The notes under the pieces are model-generated. The model searched no databases, was not told the DNA's origin, and worked only from the letters and a program-made list of their open reading frames with translations. A stretch of DNA of 62,692 bases, the filler included, from Collodictyon triciliatum (lineage: Eukaryota): the NCBI GenBank assembly GCA_043381765.1. It is 6 parts of 6 records of this genome, joined end to end, with 100 filler letters (N's around TTAATTAATTAA, not from the genome) between each part and the next. Parts side by side here need not be neighbours in the genome. Positions count along the whole stretch, not along the records: positions 11,496 to 26,962 come from JBHJMP010000467.1; 5 more parts are not named here. The stretch is one strand, 5' to 3'. The position numbers and the translations under genes are program-made. The stretch's first letter is position 1. The number at the start of each line of letters is the position of its first letter. Positions 12,238 through 25,788 of this stretch are shown piece by piece.

Positions 12238-15200
12238 TTACGACTCTACATTTATTTGTTTCAACTGGGACGAAACCTCAGCTATACGAGAATTGAGCGT
12301 GACTATAAGAGCATCGTCCTCGTTGTAAAAGCTAGTGGCCAAAAGTTCATCTCGCTCACTTATCAGACGTTGTATTTCAATGTCCAACTCACGAAACCTC
12401 TTGTGTCTAGAATCTTCAGGTCTAGTGTCGGGAAAAGAATGTAGGGCAGGAACAGAAAAAGAAGTCGTCTGGTAGAATGCTGGTTGGGTGAGGTTATAAT
12501 TGGACCTTTTCGAATTCAGCAGGGCCGCTCTCTCAACCCCAGGTGCGTAGTTGTGAACATTCTCATCTCCACCCCAAGTGCTAGGAATAGGTTTGGTCTT
12601 CAAATCGTCCAATTCCTTTCTCAAAGCAGCCAACTGCTGGCTCTCGCTCTGCAACAGTGACTTTTGCTCCAGTGCATTACACTTGGCCTTCATTTTTTCG
12701 ACTTGTTTGCGCTCTTGCTCCAGGCGCTCCTCTAACGTTTGCTGCTGCGCTCTTCGAAGGCGACTAATTTCTTTCAAGGCTCGAGTTAATTGTAATTTGT
12801 AGTTTTCTTTTGATTGGTTTGAATCAGCATAAAGTTTTTCCAACTCAGATACACGCACTTTGAGAGTATGTATTTCTGATTGCAAGATGCCCTCTGGGGT
12901 TTTGTTCTGTTGTAACCGATAATTTTCAAATTCGCGATGAACTGTCCTTGTTCGTTCATCAGCAGCATCCAAATCATTTTTCATACTGGTGATGCGCTCG
13001 ATTAGATGCACGATTTCTACATCTCGTTGCTGCGTTTCTTGCTTCTGTAGTCCCAACAGCCTATTGAATTCCTCTTGCATGTTTCTCGCAGACTTGCGCA
13101 AATTTTCTTCATGCTCCAATTTTTCCCTGGCGACAAGCTCCCTCTGACGAGTGAGGTCATCTTCAGACTGCTTTATCTTCTTCTCCCTAAGTTCAATATT
13201 AGTCAAAGCCTCCCTAAGCTGCTCTTCCAGACGACTGTATTCGTCCTTGGCTTTTTTCACTATGGCAGCCCTTTCGTTCTCTCTCCTGGCCCATTCATCA
13301 GATAGCGTGCGAATGTGTGATTCTTCTTTTTGTTTCAGTTCCTGGAGCCATTTGACCTCCTCAGCTTTCTTCCACATCTCCAACTCCCATGCTGTTTTGT
13401 ACTCGGGTGTTTGCCTAGGGTCGTAATTTTCTACATCTGAGCTCATAGCACCCATTTGGGTATTTGTTGCGTGATTCTGGCTGGACGACGTTGTCGGATC
13501 GGGCATCCTTCCCAAGTCTTCTAGGGTAATCACTGAGACAATCCGAGCGCGTTGAATCTCCATCTCGTCCTGTTGAATTTCCACAACCCTTCCAATCAGT
13601 GATACTGCTTGAATAGGATGCACAAATCTTTTCGCCTCGGCGATTATTACTGGCGCTGTAAGAACTTGACCAAGATCCATGAAGCATACCCCAACCTTTT
13701 CATCAGCCTCTGCATCGCCCCTGTGCCAAACCTCAACAATCATGGGCTGCCTCTGGAATGTCGAGGCCAGTGCTTTCGGGTCCATCGAAAATTCAAAGTT
13801 TGTGAATCCATTAGCTATGGAATATTCCGCATCAGGACGGCAGTTTGTTGGAATTGTTGTTGGAGGGAGTGTCAGGACGGGTCCAGGAATACCCAATTGA
13901 GGATATCTATATTTTATAAATATTCTTCGAGTGCCACCACCAGAAAAGGACACGTTTGTAATCTTTTGAAAGTCAATTGTCAAGCGATAGTGGTGAAAGG
14001 AGGCTGAGTTGAACGAGCATGGAGACCCTTGCGTCTTTTTACTACCTTTGGTTTTAAGTGGGGCATTTTTTTGGCCATCGGTTGTTCTAATCTTTCTTGT
14101 TGACACCTCTACATCTACTTCAATGTCCTTTGCGTTCAGCTTATGAACACTCTGTAAATCTAAATGGTTTACTAGGGGTTGTTTCTTTGGTTGATCGAGG
14201 TGGACAGAAGTGTGTGATGACATTGGACTACGATTTTCAGATTCGAATTCGTCGTCGTCGTAATCACTGGATGGGTTTGTTGTGGCCGGGAGTTTCGTGA
14301 AAGAGCCTTTTGATATGGGCATATTTTGGCTATGTAGTGAATGCTGATCTCCACTGCCGCTCGGATCTGTATCCGTCAGATTCTCGTCATCACTTGCGTC
14401 TTCTGTTTCGCTACCAGGAGATAGATGGTCGGTTTCTTCTTTGTCTCCGTCACTACAACCCGGATTTATGCCCTTACTACCGTTTGATAAGGGTCGTGAG
14501 GATGAGTGAGACCTAGCAGATGATTTACGCCCAGAGTTCAACGAGACCAAGGTGGTTGAATTACGTTCATCCTCTGTCGCAATGTCTTGCTTTCCAACTA
14601 CACCACTTGAGGGACTTGTCCCCTTCCTAGCGTCTTCTTTTTTATGTAAGTTATGCTTGGCCTTTTCCTTCTGAAGAATGTTAACGTGAGATGTAATATC
14701 AGGATAATTTGTCCCATCCGAATCGTAGCCCTCATCTTTGGGGCGGTTTGTGTGTGTGCTCATAATTGAATGTTGTGATTGGTTGTGCGTAAGAGAGGCC
14801 TGCGATTTCGTGTTAGGGTGATTCGAATTCATATGTGACGTTGATTTTTGATGGGGCCCTGAAGGCTCCTGGAAGGATACTCCTTTACTTCTATCCGAGA
14901 TTCGGCAAGTCAAGAATACCTCGGGTCTTAGATGAGACATCGATTTTGAAAGGGCATGCCACTTGCCCGGATTTCGGAGAGCTTTATTACCTTCTGGTAT
15001 ACTGCGAATATCCACCAAAATGTGCCCCATAGAATCTAAATGCCGAAGAGATTTATCGGTTGAGAAAACTTCAATCTTCAGCTGGGTCCTTTCAGAGCGT
15101 AGGCGATGTATGTCCTGGCCATTCAACTCCCACTCGAAGGGTTCCTAAAGGTGTTAACATGATGAGATGCATGATGTGATGAATGCACTTTTTTTTTGTT

Positions 15201-15672
15201 TTATGTGTTTTATGTGTTTTATGTGTTTTATGTGTTTTATGTGTTTTATGTGTTTTATGTGTTTTATGTGTTTTATGTGTTTTATGTGTTTTATGTGTTT
15301 TATGTGNNNNNNNNNNNNNNNNNNNNNNNNNNNNNNNNNNNNNNNNNNNNNNNNNNNNNNNNNNNNNNNNNNNNNNNNNNNNNNNNNNNNNNNNNNNNNN
15401 NNNNNNTGTTTTTTTGTTTTTTTGTTTTTTTGTTTTTTTGTTTTTTTGTTTTTTTGTTTTTTTATAACTGAGCTCACATTCCAAGCAGGACAAAGCATAC
15501 GATCGGGCTCACCACTTGGTGCGTTGAATACAGCCGTGGTTGTCTGTGGGACTCCCAGAAGGACAGACTGTAGCACAAAGCCGCACTGGGATTTCCTCGG
15601 GAAACGACAACCCTCCTGCACAAGGACCTGAAGTGCATACTTGCTCTCCGTATCGTTGCGTACACGAAACAT
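12238..15672 (-). CDS. CEP120: Centrosomal protein CEP120 (C2 domains plus coiled coil); exons 15672-15478 and 15144-12238
   Basis: N-terminal C2 (VQEGCRFP...WN|EPFEWELNGQDIHRLRSERTQLKIEVF), a second C2 (IFIKYRYP, MIVEVWHR), the CEP120-like PRQTPEYKTAWELEMWK, a long coiled coil and C-terminal RLISERDELL. Confidence 0.9.
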
Positions 15673-16355
15673 TTCCACTGGCGTGTCTCTTTGCTTCTAT
15701 AGAGGAAGGTCACTCTGGCGACGTTTTCGAACTTTTGTTTTTCTGTTCATTTTTCATTCTTTTTCTTCATTCTTTTTCTTCATTCTTTTTCTTCATTCTT
15801 TTTCTTCATTCTTTTTCTTCATTCTTTTTTTTCATTCTTTTTTCATTCTTTTTTTTCATTCTTTTTTCATTCTTTTTTTTCATTCTTGACTTGATTTTTT
15901 TGTCTAACCTGCTAGCTCACAGACATTCCAGTGTTGAAGGCAGGACGGCTCGAAATTAACGGTACACCGTTGTATTTAGCAAATCTATGCAATAATTCGT
16001 ACCGCAATTTAAAAGAGAAGCTGAAAACAGGCTTCATGTCGGTTCAAGTGCAAAAATTATAAATTTATTTTAAAATCCAAATATGGATAGTGCGGTGGCC
16101 AGCTCCAAATACAAACATTTGAATTCCTCTGCACCGAAGCGCAGCCGAACAACAAATCAGTCCGCTGTGTTGGCGAAGCATCGCCGAAATGTCGCGGGGG
16201 CCAAAGCGGCGAGTGTGCCCAGAACATGCCTTTAAAAAAAGAGAGCAAGGAAGAACAGCAACCACAGCAAACCCCGCAATGCTTGGCCACGCAGCGCAAG
16301 CCCGCACACGCCGTTCCCGCCTCTTGGCCGCTCTCACAATTGCACTCGATAGCTC

Positions 16356-16958
16356 ATGTCTGCGCCCCCTGTTCTGAGCGAACGCTCTACACCGCGTGTC
16401 AACGGACGGCTTCTTGCCAGCCACGTCGGCTCGGAGGTCCGCCTTGTAGGAAAGGTTCTGAGCTGCAGCGGAGCCAAGGCCGTCCTGCAGGCCAGTGATG
16501 ATACCCAGGTGCATGTCAACATGAAACCAGGAAGCAGGTTTGTTCTCTGCCGCTGCCGTGGCTATTTTGCAGCCCCACTCGCAGAGCATCTGCCGAGCTG
16601 ATGCAAACCCCACCCCTGTAGGTACGATACTTTTGTTGAAGTTCTCGGGCGGGTGAACGCAGACAGAACCTTGGTAGAACAGTCCTATGTGAACTTCAAC
16701 CCTGAATTCGGTATGTGCCAGATGTTTGCTCACCTTACCTGATGCGCCATGACACATGGTTCTCTGTGCCTCACGCGTGCCTCTTTTCTTCGCCTCCGTT
16801 CACCCGAAGTTTAGCCTGATCCCGAACTAGATTCATTGTTTGGCGCGTACTAACAATTCCCTCGTATCTACCTGGGATGCTACTCTCTCACAGATCTTGG
16901 TGTATATAACGAGCTTGTCATGCTCTCGCGGGACTTTCCTAACATTTTTGGGCAGTAG
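16356..16958 (+). CDS. RPA3: Replication protein A 14 kDa subunit; exons 16356-16537, 16622-16710, 16894-16958
   Basis: Spliced product TPRVNGRLLASHVGSEVRLVGKV...FVEVLGRV...F|DLGVYNELV...FPNIF* matches the RPA3 OB fold. Head-to-head with CEP120. Confidence 0.9.
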
Positions 16959-17675
16959 TCGAGACCATGTCTTCATCTTTGGGATCTTCTGACCTTCATA
17001 TGCTGTAAATAAAAAAATGGCAGCAACACAGGCCTCTCATGCGCCCTTGACGGCCCTCTCCCATAAGAGTTTGAAATAAAATAATGAAAAAAATCGGAAA
17101 TAAACAGAAGTTCTGAGCTCAATTGTTCGGACCGGAGCCTCTGCTCAGCCAGCGGTTAAACCATTTGGTCATCAGACAAAGGAGTGCACAGGGACGACTG
17201 CAGCGACGATCTCTGCGGTACAAGCGTTGCGAATGCACCGAAGGTTGCAGTGTTGCGGTCGGAGTGAAGGGAAGCCTCAAACTCAGCACAGCCGGGGCAG
17301 ATCTGCCCGCGACAGGCGAATGCAACTTGTGAATCGTGACTGTCTTGTGGGTGGGGTGGGAAAACGGATGCGCGTTGCAAAGATTGAAAAAAATTCGCAA
17401 GTCCCTGACAGGCACAGCAACAGGAACGCATGACCAGCCAGATAGCCATCTTTCTATGCTCCCTTTGCATGGCTAGGCCACTCGTACCAAGTGGAAGATA
17501 TATGTGTGTGCTCTTCGAAACAAAAATGATACTCTTGAATGAAAAAAAAAAAAAAGGATTGGGCCAGCAAATGTTTTGTCCCCACTTTGTATTTTTATTT
17601 ATTTTGTGTGCACTTGGTTTCAAACATAAGGAAGAAAGTTGTGTTGTGTTGAGTGAATCTATATTCAGTACAGGC

Positions 17676-19628
17676 TTAAGAAAACACTTGAGGAGACAAC
17701 GTCGACCACTTCCTGCTTTTCTCATCTAACCGCACATGCATAACTGGGGCCGAGCAGTGCCTTATCGCATAGATGATATTGCTGGATAAGCAAGTCGTTA
17801 CTCTGCCAATCATTCGAGTGGAGAAAAATCAAGGCCACACAAAGTTTTTACACTGCAGAAACTAGAGTCAAACCCCATTATTTTGCAAAATTTGAATAAA
17901 AAGATAAAAAAAAAATGGGAGAAAGAGCAAACAAACTGGTCACCTTTGCAATAGTGAATGCCGCCCCGACGAATCTTTACTCCCCAAAACTATAAGGTCT
18001 GAATCGTTTCCTAAGGAGCAAATATGCCCAAACAAAGTTTCACCCGGGGACAAGGCATGCTGTTCTGACGAGTGCGCTACGTGTTGCTCCGTCAGGATTC
18101 TAGCTCCCACATCCAAAGCATTCTGTATTATGACCGTATTTTTTTTCGTGAATATTTTCCTAGGGGAGTGAGCAAGGTGGTCTCAGGAGTGAAGTGATAT
18201 TTTTTTCGGAAAAAAAACATAATTTTTGATAAGGTTACCAGGGTTGCTTTCCCGACTTTGGTGTCTTTGCTTGAAATATAAACCAGGCGAATGGTTCCGT
18301 TCGATATTCTCGCCATCCTGGGCATAAAATAATTACGCAAACAATTTGGAATACTTTAGTATTTTTTTGTTTGATTTAATTTTTCTCTTTTTTTTTTTGT
18401 CATAAATGCGACTTACTCAGCAGCGCATATTAACGCGATGATAGCGGACGGGCTTGCGTCAAAAGGGACGGTGATTATCAACAGGGATGGGAGGTTGGGT
18501 ATAGACTTTGGAACCTCCCCGGAATGCTTTATTGTCATCACAGGTATGTCAGAAGTCTCGATCACAGATTTTGTCAATGAACCCGTCTGGGTAGTGTAGC
18601 ATATTCATTGCAAATAAGCAGGGAATTAAAAATAGAATAGGTTATCTGAATTTTCAGACTGCCTTATCCAAGCAAGATTCACATTAGGATGGAGTTGAAA
18701 GTCTCATGAGAATATGGATATGTGTAAGGTGGACGCATAGTACGCGATGTGCGAACATAATGAAAAGCCCACAAACTTTTTACTATTCTATTCTTTTCTT
18801 TTGTGTTTGGCCTTCATATTCGAGATGATTTGGAGGGAACTAAGACCTGGAAAATTCTGTCGAAATTCGAGCGGTCTTGTGTGCCCATGATGATAAAGTC
18901 AGCCTTTGAGCGGTGGGCGACGGTCACAATGCACTCACGAACAGAGAGAAAACTCGCAAGCTCGATGGAGAAGGCAACACCATGCTTCTTCATCTGAGAG
19001 ACCCAACGAAGATAACCGCGACAAGGAGAACGGCGGTTAGAAAGAGGGAAAGGGGGTTATGATTATTCAGGAAGGGGTCTTTCACAAGTGAGACGAAGGA
19101 GAACATAATAGAAGAATAATGGTGAAAGGACAGGTGGGCAGCCAGCAAGCCTTAGGTGCGGGTGAGGCCCGGCCAGTCCTCACGCTAGCAAAGAGACCTT
19201 CCTGGCGCACCTGTCGAGCAGCGCGCGGGCGTCCTGCAGTTCGTCCCAGCAGCGGCGCCCGTACTTGAGCTGGTCGACCCGGGCAACCTTCTCGGCGAGG
19301 GAAGTACCGGCCTCGTCGGGGATCTGCTGCAGGCAGTGCAGGGTGTGGACCACGGCGCCGGTTCTCTGCGGGGTGCGCGTTGAGAGTGCCGAAGAGAGAA
19401 AAGGGAGCGCCAAAGAGAGAGAAGGAGGCGCCAAAGAGAGAGAAGGGGGCGCCCGAAGAGAGAGGCAACCTTTGCAAGGGCGACACCGTGCAGGAAGCCG
19501 CGGATGCTTGCCGGCGTGTTGGCCACAGGCACGAGTAGGCGCACGGGGCGGTCGCTGTCTGCGCTGTCTGCGCTGTTCACGCTGTGGGTTGCTGTCACTG
19601 CTGTCACTGCTGCTGCTGTCGACGTCAT
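17676..19628 (-). CDS. Universal stress protein with two tandem USP domains, 7 exons
   Basis: Domain 1: RLLVPVANTPASIRGFLHGVALAK...ADFIIMGTQDRSNFDRIFQ|TGSLTKSVIETSDIPVMTIK. Domain 2: ITVPFDASPSA...DSDLIVLGSK...IRHCSAPVMHVR. Exon phases are consistent. Confidence 0.8.
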
Positions 19629-19842
19629 TCGGTCTGGGTCTGTCTCTTCGCTGGCTTTGATCGCTCTGTGCCGCATGCCGCAGGGACGCACGGATAAGAG
19701 AGCTGTGCATTGTTGCTGCGCGCGTGCCCGTGTCTTTGTGTGGAAAATATGTTTATTTCGCATGCAGGGAAAAAGAAGGTTCAGGAAGGGGTCGTGTGCG
19801 TGTGCGTGTGCGTGTGTGTGCGCAGGGCTTCGGGCGGGGCGT

Positions 19843-22800
19843 CTACAGCTCGTCGTGCTCGTCTGAAAGCAACGGGAGGTTAGTGTTGCGACAGGGCTGC
19901 GGGTGAGAGGGGCCCGACCGCAATCGGCGGCAGTGGGGTGGCGGGTGTGGGGTTGGGCTTACAGTCGGACGAGGCAGAGTCCTTTGCTGGCGGCACAAAG
20001 TCGTCGTCGTCCTCCACCGTGGCGCTGGGGTCGATGTTGAGACTCATCTTGATGATGCGGTGGACGCGGCCGGCAAAGTTGGGCAGGTCGTCCACATTGA
20101 AGCCAGATTGCAGCAGCTAAGGCGGCAGTGTGCAAGTCAGTGTTTGTGCCCATCAGCAGCAGGTCCACACACGCACACATCACGCACACAACCGCACAAT
20201 ACACCGCCGCGTGGCGAGGCATGAGGCGGGGCGGCTACTCACGGCTGTCTCGTAGAGCAGGTTGGCGAGGTCCTTGTTGGATTCCTCCGACTGTCCGTCC
20301 TTGACGCGCTTGTTCAGCTCCTTCACAATCGGGTGCAGCGGGTTGATCTCGAGAATCTTCTTGGCGGACATCACCTTTCCACGGCTGGGGTCGGCCAGGG
20401 CCTGAGCCTTCATGATGCGCTCCATGTTGGCTGTCCATCCGTACTGGCTGGTCACAAGGACGGCAGGAGACTCGGCGATGCGGTTGGAGATTGTGACCTT
20501 CTCGACCTGCGCCACAGATGTGGATTTTGGCGACGGACGTAGGTGAGAAAAGAGGCTCTGGGGTAGAGTACACGAGCAAAGAGTTGTTGATTGAGTTACT
20601 GGCGCTCGCCTCACCTTGTCGCCAAGAAGGTCCTTCAAATAGTCGCGGACTGCTCCAAACTCCTCCTCGTAGTGCTTCTCCTTCTGCTTCTGGAACTCCT
20701 CATCTCCAAACTTCAGACCTGGCAACGCATTCACGGTTAGAGGTGGGATAAAGTCTTCATGTGGTTGGGCAGCAGTCCAGTCCTCCTCATCCCCTATTGT
20801 TGGAAGATTCTCTCACCTTCCTTGGCAACATTCATCAGCTTCTTGTCGTCAAACTCCTGCATGTGTTGCACCAGGTACTCATCGATCGGGTCCACCATGA
20901 AAATCACGTCGTATCCACGCTTGCGAAGCTTCTCCAAGAATGGTGAAGTCTGCACAGCCTCGACGCTCTCGCCGGAGATGAAATAGATGTACTTCTGGTC
21001 CTCCTTCATCCTGGGTGATTGTGTGGGTTAGGGTTAGGGGGTCAGCCGTATGACATCGCTATTGGGCAGAATGCGGCCCTGCCTTTAGCGCAATAGACAC
21101 ATCAAAATGGGCAGCATGTATGTATAAAAATTACTTGGAGACATATTCCTCAAGACCAACATATCGGCCGTCAGACTTTGATGTCTTGAATCTGGAATGA
21201 GACAGTGCATTAGCATGAACCGTTCATTTTATGGTGCAGAACCTGCTCAAAAAGCGAGGCGGTTTATGTACTGAGACACCTACCGAAGGAGCTTCGCAAG
21301 GCGCTGGCGGTTGCTGCTGTCATCGATAACACCGAGTTTCAAGCTGATGCCAAAGTTCTGAGGAGTTGAGTTAGAGTGAGCAACACACACCATAGCTGCG
21401 AAATTGTGAATTCTGGCAATTGAACGTGTCTTCCGTGTGTGCAGGTTGATGCAGAAGAGCAGTATCTAAAAGTTTTATAAGGTACCTCGATGAAGGTCTT
21501 GTACTTCTGGATGGGATCGACACCCTCATCTGCTGGGGTTTCCTCGTCGGCATACTCGGAGTCGTCTTCCTGGGCACCGGTGCCTTCCTTCTCCTTCAGG
21601 GCACGCTGTTCGTTCTTGGCCATGATTTGGACCTGGTATCCGAGGCAATCAGAAGTGAGACAAGAATGAAAAATTATCTTTCGAATGATATTTACAATGC
21701 CGTTTTAATTTCAAATTGCCTGACCATCTCGATGGCCTTGCGGATGAGCTTCTTGCGGATGACGCGGAGCAGTTTGTTCTCCTGTTATCGATGTGCACAA
21801 GTGCATGTTACGCCACTACTTCGGGGGTTAGGGTAGTAGAAAAATTGGGCGTGTGTGGCCTGAGGCGTACCTGAAGGGTCTCGCGAGAGATGTTGATGGG
21901 AAGGTCGTCTGAGTCGACAACACCCTTGATGAAGTTCAGGTAGCGAGGGAGCAGGTCTGTGAGTGACGGGGTTAGTGGGCTTCGGGTCGGTTTAGAACAG
22001 GTCGTGTGCATACTGCATCTGGCTCGCCCGATTGGGGCCAACGTAAGATAGGTAGACCATCACATCAAAAGGGAGGTTTCACCTTCAAAGGTATCGGAGA
22101 TGAAGACACGGCGGACATACAACTTGATGTTGTGCATCATCCCGCCCATGCTGTCGAACAGGTTGAGGGGCATGTGGTCAGGGATGAAGAGGAGGGACTT
22201 AAAGTCAACCTCGCCCTCGGCGTTGAAGTGGATAAAGGTCAGGGGATTCTCCGAGTCTTTAGAGATTGTCTGGTAGAATTTGCTGTGGAGAAATCATTCA
22301 GTCAATTTATCTAGTGGTGCTTTTAAAAAGAGACATGTGTGTGGGTGACCAAGATTGGAAAAGTGGAAAGTGAAAATAAATAGGAGGCGCTTACTTGTAC
22401 TCATCGCGTGTGATGTCGGCAGGCTTGCGGACCCAGATGGGCTTCACATCGTTGAGGAGAGTGGACTCGAGTTTCTTGAGGGGAGTGCTGTCCGAGCTGG
22501 CAGAATCAGACTTTTCTTCCTCTTCCTCCTCCTCCTCTTCTTCGGAATCATCAGAGTCGTCTACATTCTCGACCTCTTCTTCCTCCTTCTTGGGCTCATC
22601 TTTCTTCTCCTGGGTGCGCTCGACATCAAGGTAGATGGGGAATGTGATAAATTCAGCGTACTTGTGGACGATCTCCTTGAGTTTGTATTCTTCAAGATAC
22701 TCCTTGGCATCCTGTTCGTTGAAACAAGCATGAGACATTGGGGGTTTCTAAACCAGGCTGCGTTTGAACCACATGAATGTGCATCGGATAATTGTCTAAC

Positions 22801-23912
22801 CTCTTTCAGGTGGAGAATCAGTTTGGTTCCGCGGCCGAGAGGCTCGTTGACTGTATCCTCAGTGATGGAGAAGGTAGACTCGGCGGTGGACTCCCAGATA
22901 TACCTATGTGTGATGTTAGTACAGTACCGCCTCTGACCAACGGGCAGGTTGATTCCTACGAGAGCCATCTATCGATACATATGGATGTAGATGCCTACTG
23001 TTTATCGTCGTTGTGCTTGGTGATGACCTGGACGCGGTCGGCAACCAAGAAGATGGAGTAAAAACCGACACCAAACTGTCCAATGAGATTCACGTCTCCA
23101 CCTTTGCCCAGCTTCTCGAGGAATTCTGGGTTGGTATACACAGAGTTAGCCACATGTTCATCTGGGGTTCAGTTTTCGTGTAGGAGATGAGTGAGCCATA
23201 TGTTACCCTTGGTTCCGGATTTTGCGATGCGTCCGAGATTGTTCACAAGGTCTTCGCGGGTCATACCGATACCAGTGTCGCGGAGATAGAGAAGGCTGTT
23301 ATCCTTGTCAAAAGACAGCTAAACACATGCACAAGTTAGGTTGGGCTTTTGCACGGTACTATCATGCAAAATTAGTTACGTGGATCTCCAGCTTCGCAGC
23401 GTCACCTTCTCCGAGAACGGCGGGGTCTGTCAAAGACTGGAAACGAATCTTGTCCAGAGCCTAAGAAGTAACGCGTGACTTTAGGAGTTTCTGAGTGCCG
23501 GAATCTTGTGAGGATCATGGGCTGATGAGAGCGTTAGGGGGGCAACTCACGTCGGAGGCGTTGGATATAATTTCTCTCAAAAAGATCTCTTTGTTGGTGT
23601 ACAGGGAGTTAATGATGATCTTCATCAGCTGGTTGATTTCAGCTTGGAAGGCGTACTGTTCAGGAGCTGGGGCACTAAAAGGGGTTAGGGTAGATAAGTG
23701 GGAGTGAGGTGGGTGGGGACCGTAGGCACTGGACTGTTGTACTTACTCGGACTCTGAAGCGGCGGTCTCTGTCACAAGGAAACCTGTGATGTGCGTGGGT
23801 TAGGCAAGGCCTGTGATCATAACCAACAGAAGGGCAGAAGGGACTTACCCGGCACAAGCAGAAGCACAGCGAAGATGCTCGCCGCGACAAGTACCTTGCG
23901 GGACGTTCTCAT
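19843..23912 (-). CDS. HSP90B1: Endoplasmin/GRP94 (ER Hsp90), multi-exon
   Basis: Signal peptide [77 protein letters not shown], and C-terminal ER-retention signal HDEL*. Confidence 0.97.
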
Positions 23913-23989
23913 TCTGCGTGGTAGGAGCATCAGGTTAGGATTGGTTGTGTTGCCTTGTGGCGATCCTTGGTGTGTCTGTGTGTTGCGGG

Positions 23990-25689
23990 TCAACGAGTCG
24001 CTAGATCGTGGCAGCACGCCATATATGCGCACCTAGGGGTAACATTCGCAAGTGTTCGATGCTGGTGGTATATACAGCGAATGGCCGCAACCAACCCCAA
24101 TCCGGAATTTGGGGAACATTCCGGAATCTTCCAGGAACAGGACTGCCATATCGAGGGGTTCTCTTCTGGAACAGGGTGGAGCGAGTCTCGGAAGATGCGA
24201 AGCCTGCTGTGTTTATGTTCCGTTGGGTTCGCGAGCGAGTCGGGTGGTGTTGTGGTGCGAACAGAACATGAGAACCTTTGGATACGAATAAGCCGTGAGC
24301 ACACCTCTGGCATTCCAATAGGGAATTTCCTTACTATCAACACGGAGTTTGTGCGATGAAAAATGGTTACGGATTTGCTACTCACGCTGGAAAAGCTGTA
24401 GAACGAATCGCTCAGGTGGGGAATGGTGGCCAGCTGAACCCACTCCGTGAGAAGGCGACGGTGGGTTTCTGGGGCCAAATCCAATTGACAGAATCCACGC
24501 AAGAAGCAAGCTTCCTCCAACTCGTGTTCGTTCAAGGTGTTAACCCCTTCACTCAAGATCATCTGCGGGTCTCGACATCAGAAAAAAAAAAGGGTTGTGC
24601 ATATGCAGGCGCCATATAAACAGGAACAACGAACACCCACAATTGCCATACCAAGGGTGCCAAAACAAGTGCAGTGAGATGCAAGGTAGTAACATAAAGA
24701 GATGCGAAACAACATATACCTTGTCATCCTTTCTGATAAATTGAATGGTTTCATCAAGACGGCTCTTTACGCTGTCTCGGTTGCCTCTCTTTGACACAGA
24801 GAAGAATTGGCAAAGTTTCTTTAGATTCTCGTTGCTGAGGTTTTGGAGAGAAAAATCATTATCAAAGAGCGGGGCGTACTCAACCAAGTCGAAAGGTTTC
24901 ACATCGTGGCTTCCCTCAATCTATTCATAGAAACGTCGTTCTCACTCTTACGTGCAGCTTTCAAAATAGTGCATGGGGACAAAGAAAGCAAATAAAAAAA
25001 AAATATTCAGGGTGCTTCCACACAGACAAATACACGCAATACACTTGCAAATAAAGTTGACATATCTTATTGAAGAGACGAACCTTTTCCATAAACTCAT
25101 AAAACTTTGTGTGCAGTGTAAGATGTGAAATGTGCATAGGATTTTTGCTCATGGTAGCGTTGACAGACTTCAAATAATCTTTCAGGTCTGTAGTGGCAAC
25201 GTCCTTCGACTTGTACATGACTGAAAAGATATCCCCCTGGAGGTCATTTTAGGCAAATAAGTGACGATCTGTTTTTCGATCAATCATGGCTGTTAAAGAA
25301 GAATGAAGAATTATCCGTGTATTTTTTTCTCAATGAGTCACGAATTTATTTATTTTTTTTGTATCTTTCGTACTTTTACTGATGGGTCGACGAATTGTGA
25401 AGGGAGCATGTGAGGGAATGTTTGTATGTAAATTGGAATCAAAAGCGGGGTGAATGGCAGGGCTATGATGACTAAGAAAGGGATGAATGATTTTGTATCC
25501 TTTAATTGGCGACGCAAAAAGGCCGTCTCGTGTCGGTTGAGTTCCTTTCCCTGGGAATGGTACGTGCATCAACAAGGACGAATGTAAAAGGAATCAAAAG
25601 TAAAGGCATGTAAACATACAACTGGGCAACGCTCTCTTGTAATTGACATTTGAACTGCTTGAAAAAATCCACAAAACGGTGCTTGACAA

Positions 25690-25788
<99 letters not shown>

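Noticed and set aside
17119-17420. GC-rich intergenic stretch as RNase P/MRP or snRNA
   Set aside because: I could not locate the conserved CR-I/CR-V or Sm-site motifs.
19392-19465. 21-nt tandem repeat (about 3 copies) as a CRISPR-like array
   Set aside because: There are no spacers; it is a simple minisatellite in USP intron 1.
25235-25290. In-frame TAA in LETM1 suggesting stop-codon reassignment
   Set aside because: The acceptor CTCCAG|GGGGAT just downstream places the TAA in an intron, and other genes use TAA as a normal stop.
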